A stretch of 64,000 nt of DNA from Takakia lepidozioides (lineage: Eukaryota; Plantae; Bryophyta): the NCBI GenBank assembly GCA_030704615.1, contig CM060733.1, positions 56,544,001 to 56,608,000 of the forward strand, written 5' to 3'. Of this stretch, positions 25,896 through 39,443 are shown one piece after another (position 1 is the stretch's first letter; every line of letters begins with the position of its first letter). The notes beneath the pieces were generated by a model. That model searched no databases. It was not told the origin of the DNA and worked only from the letters and a program-made list of their open reading frames with translations. The position numbers and the translations under genes are program-made.

Positions 25896-26481
25896 TTTTT
25901 TTTAATTTTTTAATTATGAAGCGGCGCCTGACTAGCCACGTGGTGAGGTGCCACGAGTCAGGAAAAACTAAACAAATGCGATGGAGGGAGGTGGTTTTGA
26001 ACCCTTGACCTCTCCCATGTGGGTGCGCGGGGCGAGGTGCGACTGGCCAATCGTGCCGCGCTGACACATGGTGAGGCGCCACTGGCCTGTCGCTCATTTT
26101 CAAGCATAATGTCATTTTTTTTTTTTTGGGGGGGGGGGGCTGATGGGCGCCTCTATAAACCATTCCCCCCTCCTTTTCTGATCACTTTTGCCCCTCTCGT
26201 GGTGTGGTTCCTTGGCATCCTATAGTCATTTCGGACTTCGTTGCTTGGTACTGCCAACGGGAGGTGCAAAGGCGATTATTTAGGGGGGGGAGAGAGGTTT
26301 TGTCAGTTTTCTATTGGTCAGTCCCACACACTTGTTCACGGTTCAATCATCGTATCACCATTTTGCCGTTTTCGGATCTCCGGCGGCCTGTTTTTTTGCA
26401 GAAACTACAAAGACACCATCCACACGCGTTCATTGCCGTTTTCTGAGGTTTTGGACCCTGTAGTGGGCAAAGGTTTATACA

Positions 26482-27935
26482 ATGTCGGGGGTTGTGAATT
26501 CAAGTTCTGGGGCGGGGTCGTCTGGGGGTCGGAGGAAGAGAAAACGTGCCCACGAGCGGGATAGCCAGATCAACAAGCCAGACTACCCGGGACTGGATGC
26601 CTTGGATAGGGTGAAAGAAGTGGTAGTGGATTATTTCAAGGGTAGGGACATGATGAGGCTGGAGAGTGCTTATGTCAGGCATGGATGGGAGGGGTTTCAG
26701 ATTTTCCAGCAAAATATGGAGAGAAAAATGACAAACGCTTTGGCGGGGGCTAAGTGGACGACAAACAGGGACAAACCAAAGTTCAATCGGTGGATCCAAA
26801 GCAAGGCGAAAGACGCCACATGGAATTTGAGGTAGCTAATGAAGACATGGAAGGGTAGAGCAACCGAGGGTCGAGTGCCCTCCGCCAAAGCTGAGTTAAT
26901 GCGGCGTGTTGAGTATTGGGCTTACTCGGCAAGTCAGAATTCACATCGCCGGACTAGGGTTGTCCCTTGGAAGGTGGGGTCATCGGGCGGGGGAGGCACA
27001 ACTGGTCTTTATTACCTGAACTCTACTGCGAATGTGATAGAGATTGGCCCTCACAAAGAAGGAGGGTATGCTAAGGTCCGTCAGTGTAGGATTGTTGGCG
27101 ATTCTAGAATACCGGAGCGTTGGGAGCTAGCGGGAAAAAAACCCAAGTCCAAAAATCCAGAAAAGGCGTTGAAACAACATAACGACGAGTGTTTGGCAGT
27201 GAAGTTCCAACATCCGGGTGTTATCTCATATTTTGCTGTGAATGCACGTGAGGTAGAGGGTTACACTCGTTGGTGGAATGGGGGAACAATACGCGACATG
27301 ATGAACCTTGACAGAAAATGGGACAACGATTCGGACAACAGGGTGATTTTGGAACAAAGGGGAACGGAAGCAAAGTTCCAGGAATGCGATCGCTTGCTTC
27401 GTTTCCGGAAAGTGCGCAGTAAACTTGCATGGGCACTAGTGTGCATCATGGATGTTGTCCACAAAAATGGTGTCCTGCACAATGACTTGTCCCCCGACAA
27501 CATCTTGTTGCATTTTCTAGATGACACCGAGGAGATCAAGATTGGGGTGTGTGATTGGGGCTTAGCCACCCCATTGGGCATACGCAAAGTCTCGTCGTAC
27601 CAGTTTGAAAACCAAGACAAGCTGGACCGAGAATTCGCGAAAAGATGGTGGGTGAAAAAAGATATTGCATCGGTTTTCAATGCGAATGTCACCCCCTCCT
27701 CCCAGGACATGACGTCGGAGGCATTTGCCTTGGGAAGATAGCCGTACGAATAAATGACGGCGCTCATTATGATCAAAGTATGTTTGAGGACCAATTTACG
27801 GGAGGTTGTTGGCATTCAATGCTACAAAGGTTGTACGACAACAACAAGAATGAGAGAGTCACATTAGCCCATATAGTACTTCGGTTCATGGGCAAGTCAT
27901 TCAGTTGGCCTGAAGACGTATATAGGACGGAGTAG
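26482..27935 (+). pseudogene. Intronless protein kinase with a basic NLS-like N-terminus (hAT cargo); one in-frame stop and one frameshift
   Basis: EGGYAKV Gly-loop, LAGK lysine, HNDLSPDN catalytic loop (27478-27501), DWG (27553-27561). The 26482 and 26839 ORFs are in frame across TAG 26833-26835; a frameshift near 27733 restores SEAFALGKIAVRI; N-terminal RRKRKR. Confidence 0.88.
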
Positions 27936-28017
27936 ACCATAGTCTCATAGATATGAGATTTGTGCAGTACAATGGTTCTTTTATGAAGACATAACTCAAT
28001 TTTGATCGTGCATGTAA

Positions 28018-29566
28018 TAAATAAAGTCCCATTGTAAATACTACATTGTATATGCTCGACCTTGGCACTTGTTATCGCAACATAAATGGTTTGTGTACTG
28101 GCTCATTGTTTGTATTTGTAATGTTCCAAGGTTTCGGATAGAGTTATGAGAAAACGATGTATTAGTTCCGTAAGAGTTAGACAACAAACGTCTCACATCT
28201 CATTCAACTGTGCGACACTACCATGAGAGGCATGGATCGGAAAGTAATAGGTGCACATGCGACCTCCGAACATTCGATACTAGATCCAGCGAATGGTTTA
28301 CTTGAACGTCTGAAGGTCGCATGTACACCTATTACTTTTTTATCCGTGTCACTCATGGTAGTGTCGACATTTGAATGAGATATGAAACGTTTGTTGTCTA
28401 ACTCCTATGGAGCCAATATATCATTTTCACAGTACCCTGTTAGAAAACATTGAAATATTCGAAGTTACAAACAGTGCCACAATACATGGCCGGTTTTGTT
28501 GAAATGACATCTGTGAGGTTCGAGCGTATGCAATTTATTATTTACAACGGAACTTTATTTACTCGGGGGACCGGTACTTTTGCTGGAGTGCAACTGATGG
28601 TGCAAGTTCTCTATTGATTAGAGCTGTCACAACCAATGTCAACAATCATATTTACGGTAAGGTGTTTCATGCTATTGTTGTTTCTCTGGCTGAATTCTGT
28701 AGTACTCTTTTTGCTATTCCCATGCCAACGTCCTCTGAGACTGTCATGTTCAAACGAATGTATCAGCCACCCCGGCCAACTTGTAGGCTGCAGCCACGGC
28801 CCACCTTAAATTGAATGAATTGGAGATTTTGTGCGAAGTTCCTAGTTTCATGTCCGTGGTGGCTGATACGGAATTCGGAATATGGTAGTCGCAGTGGACC
28901 TGATGTTGTTGGCATGGGAGTAGCAAAATGATTCCTAAATAATTCAGCTACATGAACATCGGCAGTATGACACACCTTGCAGTACATATAATTCTTGAGA
29001 TTGTTTGCACGGATTATTTGTGTTTGTGCTTTCAAGTGACAAACATTCCCGCCATGGTACAGAAGAGGTGGATTGGCCACATTAAACGATTGATGTGATA
29101 CCATTTCACAAATGTATCACATCGTACTTGTGAAAATGTATCACATGAACCGTTCTATGTGGCCTACGAGAGTCTTCGATGGGTACGAGATCAATGTGGC
29201 CTACGAGATCTGCTTCCACCAACAAACATGTGATCATTTCAGAAGCGCTTGAACTTTGAAGCGACGATGGGCAAGGTTCTTCATCCAGATGTTCAACATG
29301 CTGAGGTCTTCTGTAATGTCTCTTGCTTCGTAATGAGTGCTTCCCCAACTCTTATTTTCCAATGTTGATTTTCTATCTGGAACATATCCACAGATGCGTA
29401 TATAAAGGCTTAAAAATCCAAATGACCATCAAAACTGGAAGCTGGGGATGAGGCTTATAAAAGTGGAGATGGTCATTTGCTTATTTAAAGATTTCTGCAC
29501 ACATGTGTGGATCTGTTCCAGGTGGAGAATATCAACATATTGGATAAAGTGGACATAGAGAAGCAC
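28018..29566. other. Cluster of four consecutive long imperfect inverted repeats (candidate hairpin-RNA/pri-miRNA locus)
   Basis: Foldbacks at 28018-28561 (loop ~28278-28301), 28630-29007, 29075-29164 and 29337-29566; arms aligned by eye against their reverse complements. Confidence 0.8.
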
Positions 29567-29639
29567 CGTAACTACAAAAAGAGCTTCAAAGGGCATACTA
29601 TGTAACAGGTCCCAGTATAACCGAAGACGAAACCCCATT

Positions 29640-31008
29640 CATTCAATGGGCGATTGAATGGTTGCCCATCCAAATGATTTTTGTTTGCTTTCAATCTTTG
29701 CCACTATGTTCAACATACCATGTATCAGGTCCCGGACTTATATGAGATCAATCGAAATTCATTCGATGGCTCAACGGATGGTTGGCCATCGAAATGATTT
29801 TGGTTCGCTTTAAGACTTGGCCACTATGTTCAATGTGCCATGTAAGAGGCCCCAAAGTAACATGAAATCAATTGAAATTTTGTTCAATGGGCCAATGGAT
29901 GGTTGCCCATCCAAATGATTTTCGTTCGCTTTGAGACTTGGCCAGTATGTTCAATGTACCCTCTGATACGTCCTAGTGTAATACGAGATCAATCGAAATT
30001 CGTTCGATTGTCCAATGAGGCGTTCACTTGTCATCTGGTTTTTGTTCAATGCGAAAAAGAAATCATGCAATGCGTGCACGGCTATTGCACCCATTGAACG
30101 GATGTGGTTGAAGCCCCTATTTTGTCCCCATGTGCTGGAACATGTGTGGAGACACATTAGATGAATAAATCATTTGACTCCCCATCGACGCGTTCACCCC
30201 TCAAGCCATTCCACAATTTAATTGAATTTAAATTTATTTTAAGCCAATAAATAGGTTTGTACTGCCTTTCATTGGGGATTTCTGGCACGTATCGATTTTG
30301 TTTTTGGCTCAATTTTGTTCTGCGACTTCAAGCATCCTGCCGCTACTCCCCCGCCAAAATTTGGACCAATAAAAAATGCCCCCCCAAAAAAGTGTTCTCT
30401 TCGCTCACTATTGCATAACTCTCTACGAAGAGTGCATGAAGTTGAACACAAATCAAGTTTGGTGTGCAAAACAGGGAAGAAACTGTGGTTTTGGGTCCAA
30501 ATGAATTATGTTCGCTCCCACATTTGGCACGCACGTTGCATATGGCTACATTACACGCCCCATTAAAAAATAGAATGAAAAAAAAAATCGTGAGCATGCG
30601 AAACACAGTCCAACATGTCCCAAAGCAATAACAAATCCAACAGAATACATTCAACGGGTGAACGGACGATTGCCCATCCAAATCATTTTTGTTTGCTTTC
30701 AATTTTTGCCACTATATTCAACATACCATGTATCAGGTCCCGGACTAATATGAGATCAATTGAAATTCATTCGATGGCTCAACGGATGGTTGGCTATCGA
30801 AATGATTTTGGTTCGCTTTGAGGCTTGGCCACTGTGTTCAATGTGCCATGTCAGAGGCCCGAGAGTAATATAAGATCAATCGAAATTCGTTCAATAGGCC
30901 AACGGATGGTTGCCCATCCAAATGATTTTTGTTCGCTTTGAGACTTGGCCAGTATGTTCAATGTACCCTCTGATATGTCCCAGTGTAATATGAGATCAAT
31001 CGAAATTA
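29640..31008. repeat. Two blocks of three ~120-bp tandem units (29640-30000 and 30648-31008)
   Basis: Unit ...GGATGGTTGCCCATCCAAATGATTTT...GAGATCAATCGAAATTC; unit-specific variants recur in the same order in both blocks. Confidence 0.88.
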
Positions 31009-31461
31009 TTTTGTGCTTTGAGAACTTTGTGGGTATGTTTGTAGAAAGATCATAGATTTTGCGAAATGATTATGCAATACGCAGGGACCAGACGAAATTT
31101 GTTTGGAAGACGACCATTCGTAACTCGTTATAACTTATTGGTTAACATCAATTTTTCTTGTTCTCCAGCTTTCGGAGTTCATTGCAAATACCCACATACA
31201 CGTCATGGCCAAATATGACACCATTGTAAATTTGTTTACAGGGTGAATTACTTCTTCCCCATCACACGAGTGTAAATGTGAAGAAAACGCTCTCATGCAA
31301 TTGAAATTGGCAGGTGCTGCACATGTGCATTGTGTATTAACAAAATTGGTGATATACAAAATTGGCGAAATGCCATCACTGTGTTTTCCAACAATATTCA
31401 AGGTACAACAAAAATGCACATTGTATATGTACTTCGTTGCCAGTCATTAAAAGCTTAGTCG

Positions 31462-33159
31462 TCACTGTCCGAGGACCTTTGTGCCAATTGCCAGAGCTTG
31501 CGACCATGATCTCGTGGTCAATGAGGGGCCCAATAGCATGTGATCAATTCTGGCCTGCATCCGCCTACTTTGCGGTGAAAGTTGACTTTCTTCTTCACTC
31601 TCACGACGTGGCGGAGGTGGATCGAGAACAAGTACTCGGGCTGCATGCAAATCGGCAACAAAGGCGTCCACATCTGGCAATAGAGCCCCCGAAACACGAA
31701 GATAACGGTCTGTCCATAGTCGCATCCATTTCTCTACAACTGCCTTGATGGTACTTTTGAAACTTTCCAACTGCCTCTCGCGGGCCCTGTCATAATCATT
31801 GTGTCGTTTCGACGATAAGCCGTCTCGTACGCCTCATTCATCGGTTGACATATTATAGCATCTTCCATTTCGGACAACAACAAATGTCTCCCAATCGGTT
31901 GTCGGTCATACAATTCGTTCTCCTCTAGAACCAATTGATATACCCGGCAAACAAGCTTGATGTGATGCGGAGATCGTTATATCTTTGCATGTTGGCATAA
32001 ATGCTATCCACGCTACGGTTCGACATGCGTGCGACACGTTGCAAGCCTGACAGTGCCCACTCTACCCGTGCTTCTCTGGAGGCCAAATGGGTCGCCCATT
32101 GTACCCAATTCTCCCAATCACCATTCAATGGGACCCATGCCCGAATCTCCAGCGTTTTGGACAAGCACCATGCACTTGCCATGACAATGTCCCGTTCCTT
32201 TGTAACGCGGTCGACATCTAATATCGGGTTCATCTCGGATTGAATGACGACCCTCGAGCATTCCCCGGTTTCTAGTACTGGTTCTTTTCCTTTCCTCATT
32301 CTCTCATCCGCAATTCGCTTGTTCCTCAACCATGGTTTCATCGGCCACAGGGTCAAGGACGTCCGTAATTTCGTGAATGATGAGGTCAATACTACGATCG
32401 GGCATCGCAAACTCCGCGTCCATGTCTACGACGTTTGTTCAATCCACATTGTGGACAACAGTGCCTTCATTGTTTGGAGGAATGTCTTGCAATCTAGCTT
32501 CCAACTCGGCTATGCGCAGTGTTTGTCAGTCTAGTCAGTCCTGTAGGGTCTTGATTCGCTGGTCTCTTTCCGCCAGTTGTTTCTCTAACGTTGCAGCCGG
32601 TTGTATCCCGAACGTGTCCGGGATGTACTCTAAATCGTATAGCAACCTTGTGTTCCTCCTACTAGCAGTTTGTCAATTCACTGGACGTAAGAATATGATC
32701 TCCACGTACAACGTGGCTGCCAAGGTGTACGAGATTTTGCCCTTTAAGAGAGGTTGACCCCATAATGTGCAATGCACTTCATTCACCTTATGCTGGAAAT
32801 GCAAGTTCGTGCAAGACCTGGACTCTGCGTAATTGTTTCGGATTTGCACGTCATGCTTATCCAAAGGCCACAATTGATTGATGTGGTACCATTTCACGAA
32901 TTTTTTGCATTTTGCCATCGGCCACCTGAACTCTTCCGGAACATCCTCCCAGCCCTCTTCTGCTAGTATGCTAGGGTCACCATATACTTCCCAATTCAAG
33001 TCTTGCCTTGACCATTTGATTTTCGTAGGGGCGGTTCATGTTCATCGGGGTAATCTCTTCCAAGACGGTCATTCGTCCTGGCCCTCTGTCATTCTGCAAC
33101 AATCGGAGCAACACTAAACGAGGTTTATTAATACGACGTAACTCTAAACCCTTCCCCAT
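31462..33159 (-). pseudogene. Hypothetical hAT cargo protein with a coiled coil, several stops and frameshifts
   Basis: Collinear ORF pieces 32977-33159, 32673-32999, 31925-32410, 31734-31934 and 31462-31770; coiled coil LEKQLAERDQRIKTLQD...RIAELEARLQ; minus-strand TATA-like ATATAAG at ~33407-33413. Confidence 0.6.
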
Positions 33160-33460
33160 AAACGAGTTTGAGTATGTGTCAAAATAGTTCCTAAAAGCTG
33201 ATTTTGTAGAATAAAATGATCCTGGAAGCCAGATGAGGGCCTATGGGAGCATTCTGCAACGACTTCACAGAAATCGCGGCAAAAAAAACCCCCTACCCAA
33301 CCAATGGCCTCCTTCTCCACGAGACTACGTGTCGTGGAATAATAAAATGCCACGCACACAGAAGTTTGTGTGGGAGAGAAGTGAGGGGAGAATGAGCCTC
33401 CCTTGGCTTATATGCCCCCCCCCCCCTATTCCTCGGGCCACGTGCAGGGCGAACCTTCTA

Positions 33461-34983
33461 GAAGCGACCGCCAACTTGGCGGTCGCTCCAATTTCCGTAA
33501 AAAAAAAAAAAAAAAAAACGACTGTCATTAGGGGCGGTCGCTCCATTATCCGAAAATAAAATAAATAAGCGACCGCCAACATAGGCGGTCGCTACATTTA
33601 CAGAGACAATAAGAATTGAAGCGACCGCCAGTAATGTTGGTCGCTTCATATTCAAAACAATTAAAATAAAAGCGACCGCCAGTCATGGCGGTCGCTCCAT
33701 TTCCAACAAAATTTTAATAAAAGCGACCGCCAGTAGTGGCGGTCGCTGGATTTACAAAAAAAAAAAAACAATTGCGGCGACCGCCCGTAATGGCGGTCGC
33801 TCGATTTTTCCTCCAAAAAACAGAGAAGCGACCGCCATTCATTTTCAATTTTTTTAAAATAAAAGCGACCGCCAGTAATGGCGGTCGCTTCATTTTGAAA
33901 ACAATTAAAGTAAAAGCGACCACCACAAATGGCGGTCGCTCCATTTCCAACCAAATTTAAATACAAGCGACTGCCACTAATGGCGGTCGCTACAATTACA
34001 AAAAAACAACAATTGCGGCGACCGCCCCTAATGGCGGTCGCTCGTTTTTTCTCCAAAAAAAAAAAAAGCGACCGCCAGGAACGGCGGTCGCTTCATTTCC
34101 AAAATAATTTAAAAAACGACCGCCAGTATGGCGTCGCTTCATTTCCCAAATAATTAAATATAAAGCGACCGCCATGTATTACCCCCCCCCCCCCCTCATT
34201 CCTCGCTCCACGCGCATGACAGACCTCGTAGAAGCGGTCGCTCCATTTTTAAAAAAAAAACGACCGCCAGTAATGGCGGTCGTTCCATTTCCAAAAATAA
34301 AAAAATATAAGCGACTGCCAGTAATGACGGTCGCTGCATTTTAAAAAATAACCATTACAGCGACTGCCAGTCGCTATATTTTGTAAAAACAAAAACTGCC
34401 AGTAATGGAAGTGGAATGACTGGGAGCTTATATAGTCCTCCCCGCCTCATTCCTCGCTCCACGCGTAGGGCAGACCTTGTAGAAGCGACCGCCACCTTGG
34501 CGGTGGCTCCATTTCGCGAAAAAAAAAAAAAAAAAAAACGACCGTCAGTAATGGCGGTCGCTGCATTTAAAAAAAAAACAATTACAGCGACCCCCAGTAA
34601 TGGCGGTCGCTGCATTTATAAAAACAAAATAAACTTCAAGCGACCGCCTGTAATGGAAGTGAGGGGAGAATGAGTCCGAGCTTATATGCCCCCCTCCCCC
34701 AGCCTCACTCCTCGCTCTATGCGCAGGGCACACCTTGTAGAAGCGACCGCCACTTTGGCGGTCGCTCCATTTAAAAATCCCAAAATAACGACTGCAAAAT
34801 ATGGCAGTCAATCCATTTTCCAAAATTAAAAAAACAACCGACTGCCACTATTGGCAGTCGCTGGATTTTCAGAAAAAATAGAAATTAAAGCGACCACCAA
34901 TAATTTTACGAAAGACGATCGCTATTACATCGCGTTCACTGTATTTACAAAGAAAAATGCGACCGCCAGTGATGTCGGTCGCT
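33461..34983. repeat. Palindrome array B (internal), with four copies of a module ending ...GTAGAAGCGACCGCC
   Basis: Many GCGACCGCC...GGCGGTCGC copies; the module [CTTATA]...CCCC...CCTCGCTCCACGCG...AGAAGCG recurs at ~33405, 34170 (lacks CTTATA), 34425 and 34680. Confidence 0.92.
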
Positions 34984-35242
34984 GCATTAAAATAAAAATG
35001 AATGCAGAGTTGGAAGCATGACACAATTGTTCTCTATTCCACAAGCAAATCACCGAACACAAACATGAGCAAGTGACGGTGCATTTGGCCGACATTTTGA
35101 CTGGTATACACATGGGCAACATCTTTTATTTTCCAACACATACACAACAGCAATACAAATACTCATAGTGACAATGATCACACTGTAATTACTTCACTAC
35201 AGAAATATAAACATGTCCACTAAAATGTGCTGATGCATGCCT

Positions 35243-36023
35243 CACTACAACAGATCGCGGTATTTATGACAATATATATGACTATTCTGCAGTCATAAAC
35301 GGTACATATGACTTCTATGATTGTAAGTCGTGCAAACCAAGTGATATCTCTCACTGCAGTCATGTATATCATACTGCAGTCGCCGCTGCCGCGCCACGTG
35401 GCGAGGCGCAATTGATTTTTTTTTCTTCAAAATAAATAAATAAATAAAATATATGTCAGACGCCGCGTCGTATCGCATTGTGCCACGTGGTATAATATAT
35501 TTTATAATAATAAAAAAGACTACGCGGCAGCCCATCTAAGGTGCCGCGTACTATCCCTAGCTCGCCTACTAACCCTAGGGCCATCTTATCCATTTGATTG
35601 TATTTAGAGGAGTTTGAACCTCCAACCTCTTTACTATAAGAATTATAGTTCACTACCTGCTAACCAATACTCCCATTAGTCATTCATGTGATCATGTGGT
35701 GTTTAATTGTATTATACACACCAAATTACAAAATCCCCAGTAGTCATCATGACTATGTAACCTCATCCATGTACACTGTAGTCATGAAAATGACTATAGT
35801 GGTGAGCTAAATCTGGTCAATTGCCGTTGACCAGCCTTTCGCCCATTTCGGAGCCATGTAGTCATACAGACGACTACGTAAATAGTCGTTTATATGACTA
35901 CAGTCGTATGAACGATTGCGGGAGATCAAATTCATATAGAAACATGGTGCAGTCATGGTCAAAGTCAAGAAAACCATGACTACCACAGTTTGGCAGTCAT
36001 AATTACCGCGATCTATTGTAGTG
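35243..36023. mobile_element. Non-autonomous CACTA element (781 bp) nested in the hAT
   Basis: 28-bp TIRs CACTACAACAGATCGCGGTATTTATGAC / revcomp CACTACAATAGATCGCGGTAATTATGAC; 3-bp TSD CCT (35240-35242, 36024-36026); ATGACTA/TAGTCAT subterminal motifs. Confidence 0.93.
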
Positions 36024-36040
36024 CCTACATCTGTTTTGCT

Positions 36041-39000
36041 TCAATTCCTTCTACTGCTTCGACGGTGGGACGAAGAAGATCCTAATCCTAATGCTCCGAT
36101 GGATTGAAAATCCGGGTCACCCTCTACTTCACCACTATTGCCATGATCAGTGCTGGAATTGTCATCCCTATCTGACCTCATATGTCCAGGCCTTTGAATC
36201 TGCAAGCGACCTCGAACCAGATTTAGTTCTCTCTGAGGTCGACTCCCACTCCGGTCTTGAATACCATCCACGATATCTGGCCTGTTTGTGGGCCAATCGC
36301 CTACAAAAGGTTGGACTGTTCTCCGTCGTGTATGGACTTGGGACGCAATCGACGGTGGTCTCGAAGGAGGTACCGGAGGGGGGTCTGCCTGAGATGGACC
36401 GGCATTAGATGGTCTAGCATGTGAAGAACCACGGGTCTAATGCGCAACACGTTGGTTAAGATGAAGTTGTAGTGGCAGGTTGTCATCATCCGAGGCATCA
36501 ACTTCCGCCCGGTCCAATACAGCAGAATGATGCGTCCGTGTGGAAAACAGATCAACCCTGTTGCTCCTTAATGCCCGCTGTGTTGATGGGGAGCTGGATC
36601 GGTTTTGACATTGTGGTGGAGCTAGTCGTATCGGTGAGGCATGATCTCGTCCCGTCGACTGTACAATGGGTTCGACACCATCGTTTGTATGAACAGGGTT
36701 GCGTACGTCGCTCGGTCCTGGAAGTTCATCACCCCTAAGCTCCATTGGGACATTACCGGTGGCTTCAGCGTGTAGTGGGGGCGAGGGTTGACCCCAACTT
36801 CATTTTGAGGACCATGTTCTGGGGATGACACAATTGCAGCTTCACCTTCATCTGCGATACGCACTTCTTCAAGAAGGTCATAAAAGGTTGGCTGGATATA
36901 AACATCATCCTCTGTGAATGTAAACGGGTCATACACATTTTCGGGAACATCGTCGGATCTATCTTCACTATCGGAGGCAGATGATTCCCTCTGAGATGAT
37001 TCTCTCTGAGGCTCAGTATCGTCACTCATCGAATCTACTTCTGAAACAGAGTCTTCGGAATGCAAATTCCTCTCATACCATGCTGCAACATCATCCGTTG
37101 CCCTCTCACGTAGCAGTCGACAATTGATATACACATACACCAATTTGTCAGCCCTCGCGGGATTCAACCTGTTGCGAATCTTGTTGTGAATAAATGAGTA
37201 ACTGCTCCAATTGCGTTCGCAAGATGCGGCAGAGCACACTTGAACAAGAATACACTTCGCAATGGGAGCCAATGTTCTTACTCCACCTCCAATCAGATCC
37301 CACCATTCATTTGACAACATTATTGAGCTCTTTTGGATCCGGCATGTCCTAAAAAAGGTCACAGCGATCTGAGAAGCATTGGTACTCGGATATAGCTCTA
37401 TCTGCATGGTTCGGCGGAGCTAGTCGCATGAGCACTCGCACGAGGCCGGCCTTGGCATCAGCGTCGTCTCGGAGCATGGTATTGTCGAGCAAGAATATAT
37501 TGAGCAAAGCCCCCACATAAATGCAAGTCCGTTCGAACCATCCAACGACGGTCGTAAAATGCATCCTCAGCATTGTCCGCAAGTTCAGGTTCCAAGGAGA
37601 AGGGAGGATGCCTCAAAGATTGGACGTGCTTATCAAGATTTTGCATTAGTAACCATGCCTTGCCCATTACTAGTTGCTTTCCATCAAACTCCCGCAAGAC
37701 GATTAACACCGGCTCTACCATATAAACAAAGTTTTCACATTTCTTCCAGAAACCATCGCTGCGAATGCTATTTCGAACTTTTCGACTTTTGCCCAATGAC
37801 TTGGCTTTTCTGGAGTTCTGCAATGTCTGTGTGTACGCATCACATTGAGGATCGATAATGGTGTGCTCCAGACTGCTCTTCACCGTCACTAATCGATCCA
37901 CCATCAAGAAGTTAGTGACAAAACGAGTTTCGTCTGGATTGCAGAGGCTGTTTTTGGGTTCGTGCCTCCTATATATTGCTAAAGGAATGTGGTGTGTGCG
38001 GATGAACGACACAACAGTCTTCGCTCGCTTGACAAGTTGTTTCGCCCACTGTAATTTTCCTCAATCTTCCAAAATGAGATCAAGGATATAAGCAGCACAA
38101 CCTTGATAGTACATATGGGGATAACGTGCCAACAACATGTCTGCAGTGTTTCTCATGTTAGCGGCATTGTCTGTGCATATTTACACGATTCTATCACTTC
38201 CGACCTGTTCGATGAAGTCTGTCAATAGTTGACATTGATAACGTCCATATTTCTTTTCGCCGCTAGTGTCGACCGATCCCAAGAATTGTTCCCCAGCTGG
38301 ACATACGAGCATGACATTGAACAACGGTCTGTTTGTAACAGAACTCCAACCATCGGCACATATAGTGCTTCCATATTTTCTGATGCACTCGCCCGTCCTA
38401 TTGTTGACATTTTGGGTAAGCTCGATCATGGCGTCTTCTAACAATCAGTGCGGAGATTGTGATAAGTCGGAGGCACGTCCGTGGATTTGGACTCCGAGGT
38501 TGCTCTAACGGCAGAAACAAATGTCGGAAGCCTTGCCACATTAAATGGTATGTTGGCCTCGAAGAAAAAATGCGACCATTTTTTATCCAACTGTCTTTTC
38601 GTAGACAAGTTAAGACCTTCCTTCATGGATTGCTACCGTAATCCTCTACTCCGTTGAAGTGTAGGGGTACAAAGAGGTGTTGAAGCAGGTGTTGCTCCGG
38701 CACAACCCACTTGTCCAAGGACACCCGAAGCCTCACAAGAGTCGCCCTGGGTACCAATCGGGGCATCCTAACAGGAAGATGAAGTGTTCTACTCAGAGAT
38801 CATGTCCAGATCCAAAGACATTGGAATATTGCCTCCACACTGGGCAAAGTGGCTTTTTACCCGCATAGATGATTTATGGCATAAACCCACCCCAACGCTC
38901 TTCAGACCTTTATAGCCGAGGTGAGCGAGCAACCGATCCTTACGATAAGAAAGCCTTAATCCACATAGGTTGCACTCAACACTACCAGTGGCACTGACAG

Positions 39001-39085
39001 TGTTCGGGATTGTCGTATATCAAAGGCTTCATTCCTCCCTCATCTTCACCCAATATCCACTCCTCTGGGGCCTAGCGATGTAAGC
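36041..39085 (-). pseudogene. hAT transposase (BED zinc finger, DUF659 DDE core, C-terminal dimerization domain), degenerate
   Basis: VECNLCG...LLAHLG BED finger; FFFEANIPFNVA; TICADGWS (D1); ICTDNAANM (D2); ETRFVTNF; WW...CSAASCERNWSSY...RNRL (E). Confidence 0.93.
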
Positions 39086-39443
39086 AATAAAAAACAGTCA
39101 CCGGTAAATGAACGTGTTGTGAATGTAGAGTGCAATGCGATAGCCCAACACTTCTACACCTGTCAGCAACCCAAGTGGGTCGATGTGGGTTGTAGTGTTG
39201 AGCTTATACACAATCTGCTGAAGTGGCTTTGGTGGAAGCCACAACGGTAAAATGTGCGCACCCTCCTCTTGGGCTACACTCTCGTTCAATGGAAGAGAAC
39301 ATCCAAAGCAACCTCAAGTATTTGCGCAAAAAGAAGTGAGGAAAGGATGAAAGTGAAATGAAAGTGAAATGAATAAATGAGAAACCAATAGCACCCACCC
39401 GAAAAAGACTGTACAACCATATTTGTTATAATTTTGAAATTAA

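Noticed and set aside
28614-29638. Short ORFs (28614+, 28763-, 29106-, 29429-) as genes
   Set aside because: The similar peptides on opposite strands are explained by the inverted repeats, and there is no recognisable domain.
33461-34983. CRISPR or protein-coding reading of the GCGACCGCC arrays
   Set aside because: Spacers are low-complexity A/T tracts, and the ORFs (ATAITGGR, RPPLMAVA) are translation artefacts of the repeat.
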